Origin: a virus
Taxonomy: Duplodnaviria > Heunggongvirae > Uroviricota > Caudoviricetes
DNA: 42,611 nucleotides
IMG/VR virus record: IMGVR_UViG_2897341779_000002
Strand: one strand, 5' to 3'
In this document: positions 8,338 to 17,472 of the stretch, one piece after another
How the letters are laid out: each line of letters starts with the position of its first letter
Position numbering within the stretch: position 1 is the stretch's first letter
Position numbers and translations under genes: made by a program
The notes under the pieces: generated by a model
What the model saw: only the letters and a program-made list of their open reading frames with translations
What the model was told of the DNA's origin: nothing
The model's database searches: none

Positions 8338-9710
8338 GACAGGATATCGAAGCGAGCGTTATCGGTGGCCTGCTGATTGGTGGATTAACTCCAACCGCCA
8401 GTGACGTTCTTGCAACGCTGGAGCCGGAAGCGTTTTCAATTCCGCTCTACCGGAAAGCCTTCGAGGTTATCCGGAAGCAGGCGAGAAACAGAAACCTAAT
8501 CGACGCGCTGATGGTTGCCGAGGCGTGCGGAGAGGAGCATTTCACGTCAATCCTGATGACCAGCAAAAACTGCCCGAGCGCCGCAAACCTGAAGGGATAT
8601 GCCGGAATGGTCGCGGATAACTATCACCGCCGTCTGGTGCTGGAAATCATGGATGAAATGCGTGAACCAATCCAAAGCGGAACCATCGACGCATCGAGTC
8701 AGGCGATGGATGAACTTGTAAAACGTCTCTCAGCCATCAGAAAGCCCCGTGACGAGGTTAAACCTGTACGGTTAGGGGAAATCATCACCGACTACACTGA
8801 CACGCTTGACAGGCGTCTGAGGAACGGAGAAGAGTCCGATACCCTGAAGACCGGAATCGAAGAACTTGATGCCATCACCGGAGGGATGAACGCGGAAGAC
8901 CTGGTGATAATCGCTGCTCGTCCTGGTATGGGGAAAACCGAACTGGCGCTGAAGATTGCCGAAGGCGTTGCAAGCCGCGTTATTCCTGGTTCTGACGTCC
9001 GGCGCGGGGTATTGATTTTCTCAATGGAAATGAGCGCATTGCAGATTGCAGAGCGAAGCATTGCCAACGCCGGGAGGATGTCGGTTAGCGTACTGCGAAA
9101 TCCTGCATCGATGGATGACGAGGGCTGGGCACGTGTTGCTAACGGCATGAGTCAGCTTGCAGATTTGGATGTATGGGTAGTCGATGCCTCGCGATTATCG
9201 GTCGAAGAAATACGCTCAATCGCAGAACGGCACAAACAGGAAAATCCAAACCTCTCACTCATCATGGCGGATTATCTTGGCCTGATTGAGAAGCCGAAAG
9301 CAGACCGCAACGACCTCGCAATTGCTCACATCTCCGGAAGCCTGAAGGCGATGGCGAAAGACCTGAAAACACCGGTTATTTCCCTGAGTCAGCTTTCACG
9401 CGATGTTGAGAAGCGACCAAACAAACGCCCGACAAACGCAGATTTGCGTGATTCAGGAAGCATTGAACAGGACGCAGACTCAATCATCATGCTCTATCGG
9501 GAAGCGGTATATGACGAGAACAGTAGCGCCGCGCCATTTGCTGAAATCATCGTGACGAAAAACCGTTTTGGCTCACTTGGTACGGTTTACCAGCGGTTCT
9601 GCAACGGACACTTTGTTGCATGTGACCAGGATGAAGCCAGACAGATTTGCACAGCATCAAATGCACCTGCTGCGCGTGGCAGACGATATGCACAAGGGGC
9701 TGACGTATGA
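8334..9710 (+). CDS. replicative DNA helicase (DnaB family)
   Basis: 458-aa ORF with Walker [18 protein letters not shown] and DnaB-like C-terminal motifs; start overlaps the initiator stop. Confidence 0.9.
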   Translation: MRQDIEASVIGGLLIGGLTPTASDVLATLEPEAFSIPLYRKAFEVIRKQARNRNLIDALMVAEACGEEHFTSILMTSKNCPSAANLKGYAGMVADNYHRRLVLEIMDEMREPIQSGTIDASSQAMDELVKRLSAIRKPRDEVKPVRLGEIITDYTDTLDRRLRNGEESDTLKTGIEELDAITGGMNAEDLVIIAARPGMGKTELALKIAEGVASRVIPGSDVRRGVLIFSMEMSALQIAERSIANAGRMSVSVLRNPASMDDEGWARVANGMSQLADLDVWVVDASRLSVEEIRSIAERHKQENPNLSLIMADYLGLIEKPKADRNDLAIAHISGSLKAMAKDLKTPVISLSQLSRDVEKRPNKRPTNADLRDSGSIEQDADSIIMLYREAVYDENSSAAPFAEIIVTKNRFGSLGTVYQRFCNGHFVACDQDEARQICTASNAPAARGRRYAQGADV

Positions 9711-9735
9711 CCATCTACATCACTGAGCTTGTAAC

Positions 9736-9767
9736 AGGCCTGCTGGTAATCGCAGGCCTTTTTATTT
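9736..9767 (+). terminator. tR2-like rho-independent terminator after the helicase gene
   Basis: Stem AGGCCTGC/GCAGGCCT with 8-nt loop followed by TTTTTATTT. Confidence 0.5.
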
Positions 9768-9782
9768 GGGGGAGGGTAAATC

Positions 9783-9989
9783 GTGGTTGAGTTGATTTTT
9801 TCTGCATTGAGGATTCTCGGTGCTATGTGGATGGTGGCGACGTTCATTGTGGTTGCCAGCAGTTTTGTCCGGTTGGTAGGCGAAGGTAAAGACCTGGTTG
9901 GTGTGCTTTTCGGTAGCATTTTTCTGTGGGTGATTATCGGTGTTATGCCTGTTGTCGTAGCAAAAGTGGCGTGGCGTTTTGTGAGTTAA
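9783..9989 (+). CDS. hypothetical small membrane protein (68 aa)
   Basis: Hydrophobic ORF with GGGAGGG upstream of a GTG start. Confidence 0.45.
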   Translation: MVELIFSALRILGAMWMVATFIVVASSFVRLVGEGKDLVGVLFGSIFLWVIIGVMPVVVAKVAWRFVS

Positions 9990-10001
9990 TCGGAGGTTAA
10001 T

Positions 10002-10184
10002 GTGAGCAAGTGCCAAAAGTGCAATAACACAGGAATGTGTGATAGCGGAGGTTCTACTCCTTGGGGAGAGCCGATTTTTATTGAATGTGACTGCCTTATG
10101 AAAGATGACGAAAGCAGATGCCAGTTTGAAGAGAGTTGGTTACGACGTGGGGGGCGAATCTTCAGACCTTATCCGTTACCCTGA
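10002..10184 (+). CDS. Cys-rich hypothetical nin-region ORF, possibly the 5' part of a frameshifted gene
   Basis: ORF MSKCQKCNNTGMCDSGG... ends shortly after a G6 run at 10149..10154 where the next ORF (10105..10419) continues in another frame. Confidence 0.4.
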   Translation: MSKCQKCNNTGMCDSGGSTPWGEPIFIECDCLMKDDESRCQFEESWLRRGGRIFRPYPLP

Positions 10185-10419
10185 AAATCACCATGAAATT
10201 GGCAGTGGTGATATTGGTGGTCAATACGTGATGGACGATGTTCAAGGCCACTGGCAAACGTGGCAGGCATCGAGAGCAGCTATTGAAATTGAGCTGCAAA
10301 AGCCAAAGAAAGGCCCACTTCCCGGTGATTATCACATTGGCTATGACTCAGGTGCAGAATCGCAATACGAAAGCGATGTAGAGGCTATCCGCGCCGCTGG
10401 AATCAAAGTGAAGGAGTGA
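10105..10419 (+). CDS. hypothetical nin-region ORF (104 aa), possibly the 3' part of a frameshifted gene
   Basis: Overlaps the previous ORF across the G6 tract; acidic C-terminal half. Confidence 0.45.
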   Translation: MTKADASLKRVGYDVGGESSDLIRYPENHHEIGSGDIGGQYVMDDVQGHWQTWQASRAAIEIELQKPKKGPLPGDYHIGYDSGAESQYESDVEAIRAAGIKVKE

Positions 10420-10607
10420 GCATGAGTCGACGAAGTAGCTTTTTGGGGTTTGTAATATTCCTGTCCTGCACTGGTTACATCGTAATCTGGTCAATTTCGA
10501 ACATTGACCGTGGCGGGAAATATCTCATTGTAATGTTCTTTCCTTTGTTTCTTGGGTGGTACGCCGCAAGGTTGCTGGAAGAATGGGGTTACAGGCATAA
10601 AAAATAA
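10416..10607 (+). CDS. hypothetical membrane protein (63 aa)
   Basis: Hydrophobic ORF coupled to its neighbours. Confidence 0.5.
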   Translation: MSMSRRSSFLGFVIFLSCTGYIVIWSISNIDRGGKYLIVMFFPLFLGWYAARLLEEWGYRHKK

Positions 10608-10618
10608 AGGAGTATTCA

Positions 10619-11029
10619 GTGAAGCAAACAATATTCCTCCGAACTAAGCAACAACAGCAAGCTGCAATAAATGCCATCCTCGCAACACCACTCGATAAAG
10701 ACAAGCCAGTCACCATCCGCATTACTGACTACAAGCGCAACCTTGACCAGAACGCAAAATTTCACGCGATGGTCGCAGATATCGCTAGGCAAGTTCAGTG
10801 GCGCGATAAATGGTTAAAACCAGAACAATGGAAGGTTTTGTTGATCAGCGGTCATGCAGTGGCAACAAAACAGGAAGCTGATGTTTTGCCCGGGCTTGAA
10901 GGCGAATACGTCAACATTCGCGAAAGCAGCGCGCAGATGAGTGTGAAGCGTATGGCAAGTCTGATCGAGTACACAACAGCATGGGCTATTGGTCAGGGTG
11001 TCAGATTTACCGACAGGAGGTACGAATGA
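10619..11029 (+). CDS. ninB: NinB (Orf-family recombination protein)
   Basis: 136-aa translation resembles lambda NinB as recalled (...[33 protein letters not shown]...). Confidence 0.8.
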   Translation: MKQTIFLRTKQQQQAAINAILATPLDKDKPVTIRITDYKRNLDQNAKFHAMVADIARQVQWRDKWLKPEQWKVLLISGHAVATKQEADVLPGLEGEYVNIRESSAQMSVKRMASLIEYTTAWAIGQGVRFTDRRYE

Positions 11030-11202
11030 GGCGACAGCGACGAAGTATCACCGACATCATCTGCGAAAACTGCAAATACCTTCCAACGAAACGCACCAGA
11101 AATAAACGCAAGCCAATCCCAAAAGAATCTGACGTAAAAACCTTCAACTACACGGCTCACCTGTGGGATATCCGGTTGCTAAGACATCGTGCGAGGAAAT
11201 GA
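11028..11202 (+). CDS. ninE: NinE
   Basis: From ATG 11028 the product [50 protein letters not shown]... matches lambda NinE from memory. Confidence 0.8.
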
Positions 11203-11204
11203 CA

Positions 11205-11624
11205 ATGGATTATTCACAGTTAAGTGATTTTGAAATTAACAGACGAGTATGTGAGGCTTTAGATATGGAGGAGCATTTCTTCATACCTGATGACGAAGCA
11301 GACTTCGATTCTGAGATCCCCACTGACGAAAGAGGTCCTATTTGGCAGACGCAAAAAAGGGATATTAATGGCTTCCGTTCTTCAAACGGAAATTGCTTCA
11401 ATCCTTGCAATAATCCTGAATACGCGTGGCCAATTATCACTGAAAGCAAAATCAGCACTATGTGGATGACAGCGGAAAAAGAATGGTGCGCATGGTCAGG
11501 AGGTGATTTAGAGGAAGGTTGTTGGGAATGGGAAAATATTCCTGGCTACTACTTCTGCGGTGAATCTCCACTCCGCGCCGCCATGATTGTATTTCTCATG
11601 ATGCAGGACGCCAATAATGCTTAG
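11205..11624 (+). CDS. hypothetical nin-region protein (139 aa, Cys/Trp-rich)
   Basis: ORF from ATG 11205 immediately after the ninE stop; overlaps the ninF start. Confidence 0.6.
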   Translation: MDYSQLSDFEINRRVCEALDMEEHFFIPDDEADFDSEIPTDERGPIWQTQKRDINGFRSSNGNCFNPCNNPEYAWPIITESKISTMWMTAEKEWCAWSGGDLEEGCWEWENIPGYYFCGESPLRAAMIVFLMMQDANNA

Positions 11625-11793
11625 CCCATCCCAATCCCTTCAATACCAGAAAGAAAGCGTCGAGCGGGCATTAACGTGCGCTAACTGCGGTCAGAAGCTG
11701 CATGTGCTTGAAGTTCACGTGTGCTCCGATTGCTGCGCAGAACTGATGAGCGATCCGAATAGCTCAATGTACGAGGAAGAAGACGATGAATGA
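11617..11793 (+). CDS. ninF: NinF
   Basis: 58-aa ORF absent from the supplied track (under 60 aa): MLSPSQSLQYQKESVERALTCANCGQKLHVLEVHVCSDCCAELMSDPNSSMYEEEDDE, matching lambda NinF from memory. Confidence 0.75.
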   Translation: MLSPSQSLQYQKESVERALTCANCGQKLHVLEVHVCSDCCAELMSDPNSSMYEEEDDE

Positions 11794-12508
11794 GTTAATG
11801 AATGGCAATGCCATCAAAATGACAAGCATTGAAATTGCTGAGTTGGTTGGTAAGCGTCATGACAATGTGAAACGTACCATCGAAACGCTGGCTAAAAATG
11901 GTGTTATCCGGCTTCCTCAAATTGAGGTTTCCGAAAGAATCAATAACTTAGGGTTCAATGTTCAGTACGAGCATTACGTCTTCGAGGGCGAACAAGGTAA
12001 GCGAGACAGTATTGTCGTTGTTGCCCAGTTGTCGCCAGAGTTCACCGCTCGCCTTGTTGACCGCTGGCGAGAGCTTGAAGAAGCTGCGGTTAATATCCCC
12101 AAAACGCTACCGGAAGCGTTGCGCCTTGCTGCCGATCTTGCTGAGCAGAAAATGCAACTGGAAAACCAGCTCGCAATTGTCGCACCTAAAGTTGAGTTTG
12201 CCGATCGCGTTGGCGAGGCCAGCGGAATTTTGATTGGAAACTTTGCAAAGGTTGTTGGTATTGGTCAAAACAAACTGTTTGCGTGGATGCGTGATCACAA
12301 AATCCTTATTGCTTCAGGTTCCCGGCGCAATGTGCCAATGCAGGAATATATGGATCGCGGCTATTTCACAGTGAAAGAAACAGCGGTCAACACAAATCAC
12401 GGAATACAGATATCGTTCACCACAAAAATCACCGGGCGTGGTCAACAGTGGCTGACCAGAAAGCTGCTCGATAACGGAATGCTGAAAGTAACAGGGGAGG
12501 CTGCTTAA
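11786..12508 (+). CDS. phage regulatory / antirepressor-like protein (Rha-type N-terminus, KilA-C-like C-terminus)
   Basis: 240-aa ORF; domain assignment is from general resemblance only. Confidence 0.6.
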   Translation: MNELMNGNAIKMTSIEIAELVGKRHDNVKRTIETLAKNGVIRLPQIEVSERINNLGFNVQYEHYVFEGEQGKRDSIVVVAQLSPEFTARLVDRWRELEEAAVNIPKTLPEALRLAADLAEQKMQLENQLAIVAPKVEFADRVGEASGILIGNFAKVVGIGQNKLFAWMRDHKILIASGSRRNVPMQEYMDRGYFTVKETAVNTNHGIQISFTTKITGRGQQWLTRKLLDNGMLKVTGEAA

Positions 12509-12798
12509 TGGCTAACCTACGCAAAGAAGCGCGCGGAAGAGAATGTCAGGTACGTATTTACGGCGTATGCAATGGCAACCCTGAAACTACAGTTCTGGCA
12601 CATTACCGGATGGCTGGAATTTGCGGAACGGGAATGAAGCCTGACGACCTGATCGGTGCATGGGCTTGTAGTGCGTGTCACGATGAAATCGACCGACGCA
12701 CCCATAATCTCGACAACAAAGACGCCAGACTTTACCACCTCGAAGGCGTGATCAGAACGCAGGCGATACTGCTGAGGGAGGGGAAGATTAAGTCATGA
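12508..12798 (+). CDS. Cys-rich nin-region protein (DUF1364-like)
   Basis: 96-aa ORF with CxxC...CxxC spacing (CQVRIYGVC ... CSAC); common upstream of rusA in lambdoid phages. Confidence 0.6.
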   Translation: MANLRKEARGRECQVRIYGVCNGNPETTVLAHYRMAGICGTGMKPDDLIGAWACSACHDEIDRRTHNLDNKDARLYHLEGVIRTQAILLREGKIKS

Positions 12799-13157
12799 AC
12801 GAATATCAGTTTGTGCTTCCATACCCGCCGTCGGTGAATACCTACTGGCGAAGACGGGGAAGCCAATATTACATAAGCGATAAAGGCCAGAAATACCGAA
12901 AAGACGTTCAGCAAATCATCCGCCAACTCAAGTTAGACATTTTCACCAAATCACGACTCCGTATCAAAGTCATCGCAGACGTTCCAGACTCCCGCCGCCG
13001 CGACCTCGACAACATCCTGAAAGGTTTACTCGACTCCCTTATCCACGCCGGATTTGCGGAAGACGACGAGCAATTCGATGACATTCGCGTAATTCGTGGT
13101 GTGAAAGTACCAGGCGGACGGCTTGGAATAAAAATCACCGAACTGGAGAACGCATGA
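12795..13157 (+). CDS. rusA: Holliday junction resolvase RusA
   Basis: 120-aa translation with RusA-like motifs (YPPSVNTYW ... DxDN), in the expected nin position. Confidence 0.85.
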   Translation: MNEYQFVLPYPPSVNTYWRRRGSQYYISDKGQKYRKDVQQIIRQLKLDIFTKSRLRIKVIADVPDSRRRDLDNILKGLLDSLIHAGFAEDDEQFDDIRVIRGVKVPGGRLGIKITELENA

Positions 13158-13342
13158 ACGCCACAATTCAAACGATACCAGAGCTTCTTATCCAGACACG
13201 AGGCAATCAGACCGAAGTGGCGAGGATGCTTTCCTGCGCAAGAGGAACAGTGCTCAAGTACAACCGAGACAGCAAAGGCGAGCGTCACGTAATAGTTAAC
13301 GGCGTCCTGATGGTCAAACAAGGCAAGAGGGGAAGACGATGA
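13154..13342 (+). CDS. ninH: NinH
   Basis: 62-aa product with GNQTEVARMLSCARGTVLKY, as in lambda NinH (GNQTEVARRLKCSRGTVRKY) as recalled. Confidence 0.8.
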   Translation: MNATIQTIPELLIQTRGNQTEVARMLSCARGTVLKYNRDSKGERHVIVNGVLMVKQGKRGRR

Positions 13343-13857
13343 GCATAAGAGAACTAAACCTCACCAAAGAGCAGCACGAGTGGCTGAATGGCTGGCTTGA
13401 ACTGTGGGGCGCATGGGTTTATTCAGGTCGTCTGGAAAAGCGCATGAGCAGCGTAATAGCGAAGTTCATGGAGAGCGTAGAGCCGGGAAGAATTATGACA
13501 AGGCCAATGTGTAATGATGATGATGGAATGTTGATTTCTCAGGTCGTTGATTCCGTCATGTACATTGACAAGAAAGCCTTTGGCATCCTCCTCAGCTACT
13601 ACGCTCATGGTTCATCTAAGCGAGCAATTGCATCCTACTATCACGCGACTGCAAAGCCACGCAAGATGTGTGGACGTGGTGGCGAGGGATGGAGAAAACC
13701 TTCACTGGCAACCTGTAGAAACGAAATTGACGACATCCTGAAAGCGTCATTATTTGTTTTATACCAGCCAATGCAAAATGCTTTCAAAATGCGTAAACGT
13801 GTTGAGAAAGTTAAGCATGTTGCTGTTAAAAACCTTGACATGCAATTATCCATTTAG
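13339..13857 (+). CDS. late gene antiterminator Q-like protein
   Basis: 172-aa ORF at the end of the nin region, directly upstream of a candidate late promoter; family assignment is positional plus general resemblance. Confidence 0.7.
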   Translation: MSIRELNLTKEQHEWLNGWLELWGAWVYSGRLEKRMSSVIAKFMESVEPGRIMTRPMCNDDDGMLISQVVDSVMYIDKKAFGILLSYYAHGSSKRAIASYYHATAKPRKMCGRGGEGWRKPSLATCRNEIDDILKASLFVLYQPMQNAFKMRKRVEKVKHVAVKNLDMQLSI

Positions 13858-13864
13858 CCATAAT
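13835..13864 (+). promoter_or_regulatory. candidate late promoter PR'
   Basis: -35 TTGACA (13835..13840), 18-bp spacer, -10 CATAAT (13859..13864), overlapping the 3' end of the Q-like gene. Confidence 0.45.
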
Positions 13865-14298
13865 TAGAAGGTAAGCTGCCGTTAGTGACTCTTAAGTTGC
13901 AACGGTGGCTTTTTTGTTTGCACAACAGGTAAGAGCATTGAACCCGCAGACCTCGCGGAATTGGTGAAAGGTGCCGCGCAGTACTCTTATCGTTGTGGTG
14001 AATACGCAGGCTGATGCGTTAATCAGGTGAACGAGACACCCGCCGGTCCGTGATATGGCACACCGTGCCGGTCATATCTGCCGCGGTTAGGTTTACGAGG
14101 ATTTCGTAAAGCTGGTCTAGGGTGAAGCCGTGAAAGCGGAGGAAGTAAAACGAGGCGTCGGTACACGCCTATCGTCATTAAGTCGGAGTTCAGCACCGAC
14201 CGCCACAACCCAACCTGAGCCGTAGCCACTGGCTATCCTGAATTCATCAGTGATAGTTATGCTGCGGCCTTCTACACATGACCTTCGTGAAAGCGGGT

Positions 14299-14334
14299 GG
14301 CATGAGGTTGCGCTAACAACCTCATGCCGTTTTG
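14299..14334 (+). terminator. hairpin in the Q-to-S leader (candidate tR'-type terminator or structured RNA)
   Basis: Perfect 11-bp stem GGCATGAGGTT/AACCTCATGCC with 8-nt loop followed by GTTTTG. Confidence 0.4.
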
Positions 14335-14453
14335 CCCGTGCATATCGGTCACGAACAAATCTGATTACTAAACACAGTAGCCTGGATTTGTTCTATCAGT
14401 AATCGACCTTATTCCTAATTAAATAGAGCAAATCCCCTTATTGGGGGTAAGAC

Positions 14454-14777
14454 ATGAAGATGCCAGAAAAACATGACCTGTTAGCCGCCATTCTCGCGGC
14501 AAAGGAACAAGGCATCGGGGCAATCCTTGCGTTTGCAATGGCGTACCTTCGCGGCAGATATAATGGCGGTGCGTTTACAAAAACAGTAATCGACGCAACG
14601 ATGTGCGCCATTATCGCCTGGTTCATTCGTGACCTTCTCGACTTCGCCGGACTAAGTAGCAATCTCGCTTATATAACGAGCGTGTTCATCGGCTACATCG
14701 GTACTGACTCGATTGGTTCGCTTATCAAACGCTTCGCTGCTAAAAAAGCCGGAGTAGAAGATGGTGGAAATCAATAA
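14454..14777 (+). CDS. S: holin S (lambda-type, dual-start S107/S105)
   Basis: 107-aa translation [39 protein letters not shown]... is essentially lambda S; the upstream CCCCTTATTGGGGG hairpin matches the lambda sdi structure. Confidence 0.95.
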   Translation: MKMPEKHDLLAAILAAKEQGIGAILAFAMAYLRGRYNGGAFTKTVIDATMCAIIAWFIRDLLDFAGLSSNLAYITSVFIGYIGTDSIGSLIKRFAAKKAGVEDGGNQ

Positions 14778-15237
14778 TCAACGTAAGGCGTTCCTCGATA
14801 TGCTGGCGTGGTCAGAGGGAACTGATAACGGACGGCAGAAAACCAGAAATCATGGTTATGACGTCATTGTAGGCGGAGAGCTATTTACTGATTACTCCGA
14901 TCACCCTCGCAAGCTTGTCACGCTAAACCCAAAACTCAAATCAACAGCCGCCGGACGCTACCAGCTTCTTTCCCGTTGGTGGGATGCCTACCGTAAGCAG
15001 CTTGGTCTGAAAGACTTCTCTCCGAAAAGTCAGGACGCTGTGGCATTGCAGCAGATTAAAGAGCGTGGCGCTTTACCGATGATTGACCGCGGTGATATTC
15101 GTCAGGCAATCGACCGTTGCAGCAATATCTGGGCTTCACTGCCGGGCGCTGGTTATGGTCAGTTCGAGCATAAGGCTGACAACCTGATTGCAAAATTCAA
15201 AGAGGCTGGCGGAACGGTCAGAGAGATTGAGGTATGA
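14761..15237 (+). CDS. R: endolysin R (lambda-type lytic transglycosylase)
   Basis: 158-aa translation [39 protein letters not shown]... matches lambda R from memory. Confidence 0.95.
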   Translation: MVEINNQRKAFLDMLAWSEGTDNGRQKTRNHGYDVIVGGELFTDYSDHPRKLVTLNPKLKSTAAGRYQLLSRWWDAYRKQLGLKDFSPKSQDAVALQQIKERGALPMIDRGDIRQAIDRCSNIWASLPGAGYGQFEHKADNLIAKFKEAGGTVREIEV

Positions 15238-15671
15238 GCAGAGTCACCGCGATTATCTCCGCTCTGATTATTTGCATCATCGTCTGCCTGTCATGGGCTG
15301 TTAATCATTACCGTGATAATGCAATCGCCTACAAAGAGCAGCGCGATAAAGCCACATCCATCATCGCTGATATGCGGAAGCGTCAACGTGATGTAGCAGA
15401 ACTCGACGCAAGATACACAAAGGAGCTTGCTGATGCTAACGCGACTATCGAAAGTCTCCGTGCTGATGTTTCTGCTGGGCGTAAGCGCCTGCAAGTCGCC
15501 GCCACCTGTGCAAAGTCAACGACCGGAGCCAGCAGCATGGGCGATGGAGAAAACCCAAGACTTACAGCAGATGCTGAACTCAATTATTACCGTCTCCGAA
15601 GTGGAATCGACAGGATAACCGCGCAGGTTAACTACCTGCAGGAGTACATCAGGACGCAATGCCTTCGATGA
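15234..15671 (+). CDS. Rz: i-spanin Rz
   Basis: 145-aa ORF with N-terminal TM segment ([30 protein letters not shown]) like lambda Rz. Confidence 0.9.
   Translation: MSRVTAIISALIICIIVCLSWAVNHYRDNAIAYKEQRDKATSIIADMRKRQRDVAELDARYTKELADANATIESLRADVSAGRKRLQVAATCAKSTTGASSMGDGENPRLTADAELNYYRLRSGIDRITAQVNYLQEYIRTQCLR
15427..15618 (+). CDS. Rz1: o-spanin Rz1 (lipoprotein embedded in the +1 frame of Rz)
   Basis: Embedded ORF with signal/lipobox-like LLGVSAC followed by a proline-rich segment ([12 protein letters not shown]). Confidence 0.8.
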   Translation: MLMLTRLSKVSVLMFLLGVSACKSPPPVQSQRPEPAAWAMEKTQDLQQMLNSIITVSEVESTG

Positions 15672-15845
15672 TAGCGATAATTTTACTCATCATCCTTCAC
15701 ATCTGGCTCTGTAGACAGGGTGGTGATCACTTCTGGAGTGAATCCAGATTAAACATCTCATTGCTGATGCTTGATATTGAGCATCTGGCGCGCGGTAAGG
15801 GGCTGCGTTGAGATAAGAGCCAGTCATTACAAATACCAGGATTTA

Positions 15846-15869
15846 GCCTCGCATTCGCGGGGCTTTTTT
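15846..15869 (+). terminator. rho-independent terminator downstream of the lysis cassette
   Basis: Stem GCCTCGC/GCGGGGC (one G-U pair), 4-nt loop, followed by TTTTTT. Confidence 0.55.
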
Positions 15870-16016
15870 ATATCTGCAGTAAACCGCGCATCGCAGCGCG
15901 TAACAATCCCGAGTCTTTCAGAAAGCTGAGCCTGAGAACTGCCGTATATGGTGGCGACCATCTCGGGGCGGCTTTTCTGTGCGAACAGGCTCATCTTTCT
16001 AAAAGGTAAAGACGCA

Positions 16017-16559
16017 ATGAACTACCCAACCGTTGTTAACGATATAGATTTCAGAGACCTAATTTTTGTAGCAAACAACGATCCGGTTACAGATTCTTTT
16101 ATGGTGGCAAAAGCATTTGGAAAGCTGCCGAAGAACGTGGTTCGTGACATTGAACGAACCATAGAAGCTTGCCCTCCTGAGTTTGATACAAAGCTCAACT
16201 TTGAGCTTTGCTATAAAAACAATGAGTTACAGAATGGTAAGCCGCAAAAATTCTACCGTCTCCGCAAGGATGGGTTGATGCTTTTGGTTATGTCCTACAC
16301 CAAAAAAGAAGCAATGCGTATCAAAATTGCTTACATCAACGCATTCAACTGGATGTACGCCATGCTTCAGGTTGGTCATCGTCAATTTGAAGAAGAGAGA
16401 AATGCCGTAATGCTGGAGTACATGAAAGAGAAGGATGTTGCCAGCATGTCAGGCCGCCTGCTTAATCGCTGGGGAAAAATTAAGAAGCCTCAGCTACTGG
16501 CGAGAATTGAACGCCTTGAACAGCACGGGCAAACCGTAATCCCCGGACTCACCAATTAA
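16017..16559 (+). CDS. rha: Rha-family phage regulatory protein
   Basis: 180-aa ORF from ATG 16017 (AAGG upstream); family assignment from general resemblance and the P22 position between lysis and packaging genes. Confidence 0.7.
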   Translation: MNYPTVVNDIDFRDLIFVANNDPVTDSFMVAKAFGKLPKNVVRDIERTIEACPPEFDTKLNFELCYKNNELQNGKPQKFYRLRKDGLMLLVMSYTKKEAMRIKIAYINAFNWMYAMLQVGHRQFEEERNAVMLEYMKEKDVASMSGRLLNRWGKIKKPQLLARIERLEQHGQTVIPGLTN

Positions 16560-16786
16560 CGGCAGTACAGCGAAACAACCCAAGCCAGAAAGTGGGGAAA
16601 TAACACTGGCAGCCACTGAAAGATGAACCTCCTGCCTTATGGCAAAAAAGATTCTTTGTGGTGGCGGACTGATGGAAAGACATCGGTTATTGCAGAGACC
16701 ATTCAATGAGTGGTCTCGACAATGGCTTATACCCTACACGGGATAACTTAACTGATATCCCTTTTAACGGATAAACGGAGCCAACA

Positions 16787-17029
16787 ATGGCAGAGATTAT
16801 TCCCATGACTGAAGAACAGAAATTCCAGTTAGAGATTTACAAGCTGGTCATGAACCAGAACGCAGCCGCAGAGGAAGCATTTCAGTTCATTGGCACTGAC
16901 GAACTGAAGCTTGAGCTATTCAAAATTCACTTCCAGTCAGGCGGCGCTAATTCAGATATCACGACCCGCACTATCGAAGCGGTGCGTAAATCGAAGGAAG
17001 CGTTAGACCTGTTCACCACCGGAGCATAA
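16787..17029 (+). CDS. hypothetical protein (80 aa) upstream of small terminase
   Basis: ORF ending 2 nt before terS. Confidence 0.5.
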   Translation: MAEIIPMTEEQKFQLEIYKLVMNQNAAAEEAFQFIGTDELKLELFKIHFQSGGANSDITTRTIEAVRKSKEALDLFTTGA

Positions 17030-17031
17030 AC

Positions 17032-17472
17032 ATGGCGCGCCCAACAAAGTATCAAGAGGCGTATGCCGAACAGGCACGCAAACTGTGCTTGCTGGGCTAC
17101 ACCGATGCAGAGCTTGCTGATTTCTTCGAAGTCAGTGAGTCAACTATTAACAAGTGGAAGCTTGATTATCCTGAGTTTTCGGAGTCCATAAAAAAGGGTA
17201 AGGCCGTCGCTGATGCAGAAGTTAGTGACCGTCTTTATCAACGCGCTATGGGCTTCGTGGCTCCAGACATCGATATTCGTGTTATTGAAAACAGAATTGT
17301 CGAAACTCCTCTTGAGAAGTATTACCCGCCTGATACAACAGCTGCCATCTTCTGGCTTAAGAACCGACAGAAGGATAAATGGCGCGACAAGGTTGATCAC
17401 GAGCTAACAGGCAAAGACGGCGGCGCAATCCAGATTGAAACATCACCGATGAGTACTCTATTCGGAAAATGA
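17032..17472 (+). CDS. terminase small subunit (Sf6 gp1-like)
   Basis: C-terminus ...TGKDGGAIQIETSPMSTLFGK matches my memory of Sf6 small terminase; overlaps the large subunit start. Confidence 0.85.
   Translation: MARPTKYQEAYAEQARKLCLLGYTDAELADFFEVSESTINKWKLDYPEFSESIKKGKAVADAEVSDRLYQRAMGFVAPDIDIRVIENRIVETPLEKYYPPDTTAAIFWLKNRQKDKWRDKVDHELTGKDGGAIQIETSPMSTLFGK

Noticed and set aside
13920-14440. Possible tRNA genes between Q and S, as in some lambdoid phages
   Set aside because: No GGTTCGAATCC-type T-loop or cloverleaf could be found by eye; treated as non-coding leader.
15948-16016. Longer Rha ORF starting at 15948
   Set aside because: ATG 16017 (MNYPTVVND...) has a better RBS context; the upstream extension lacks one.
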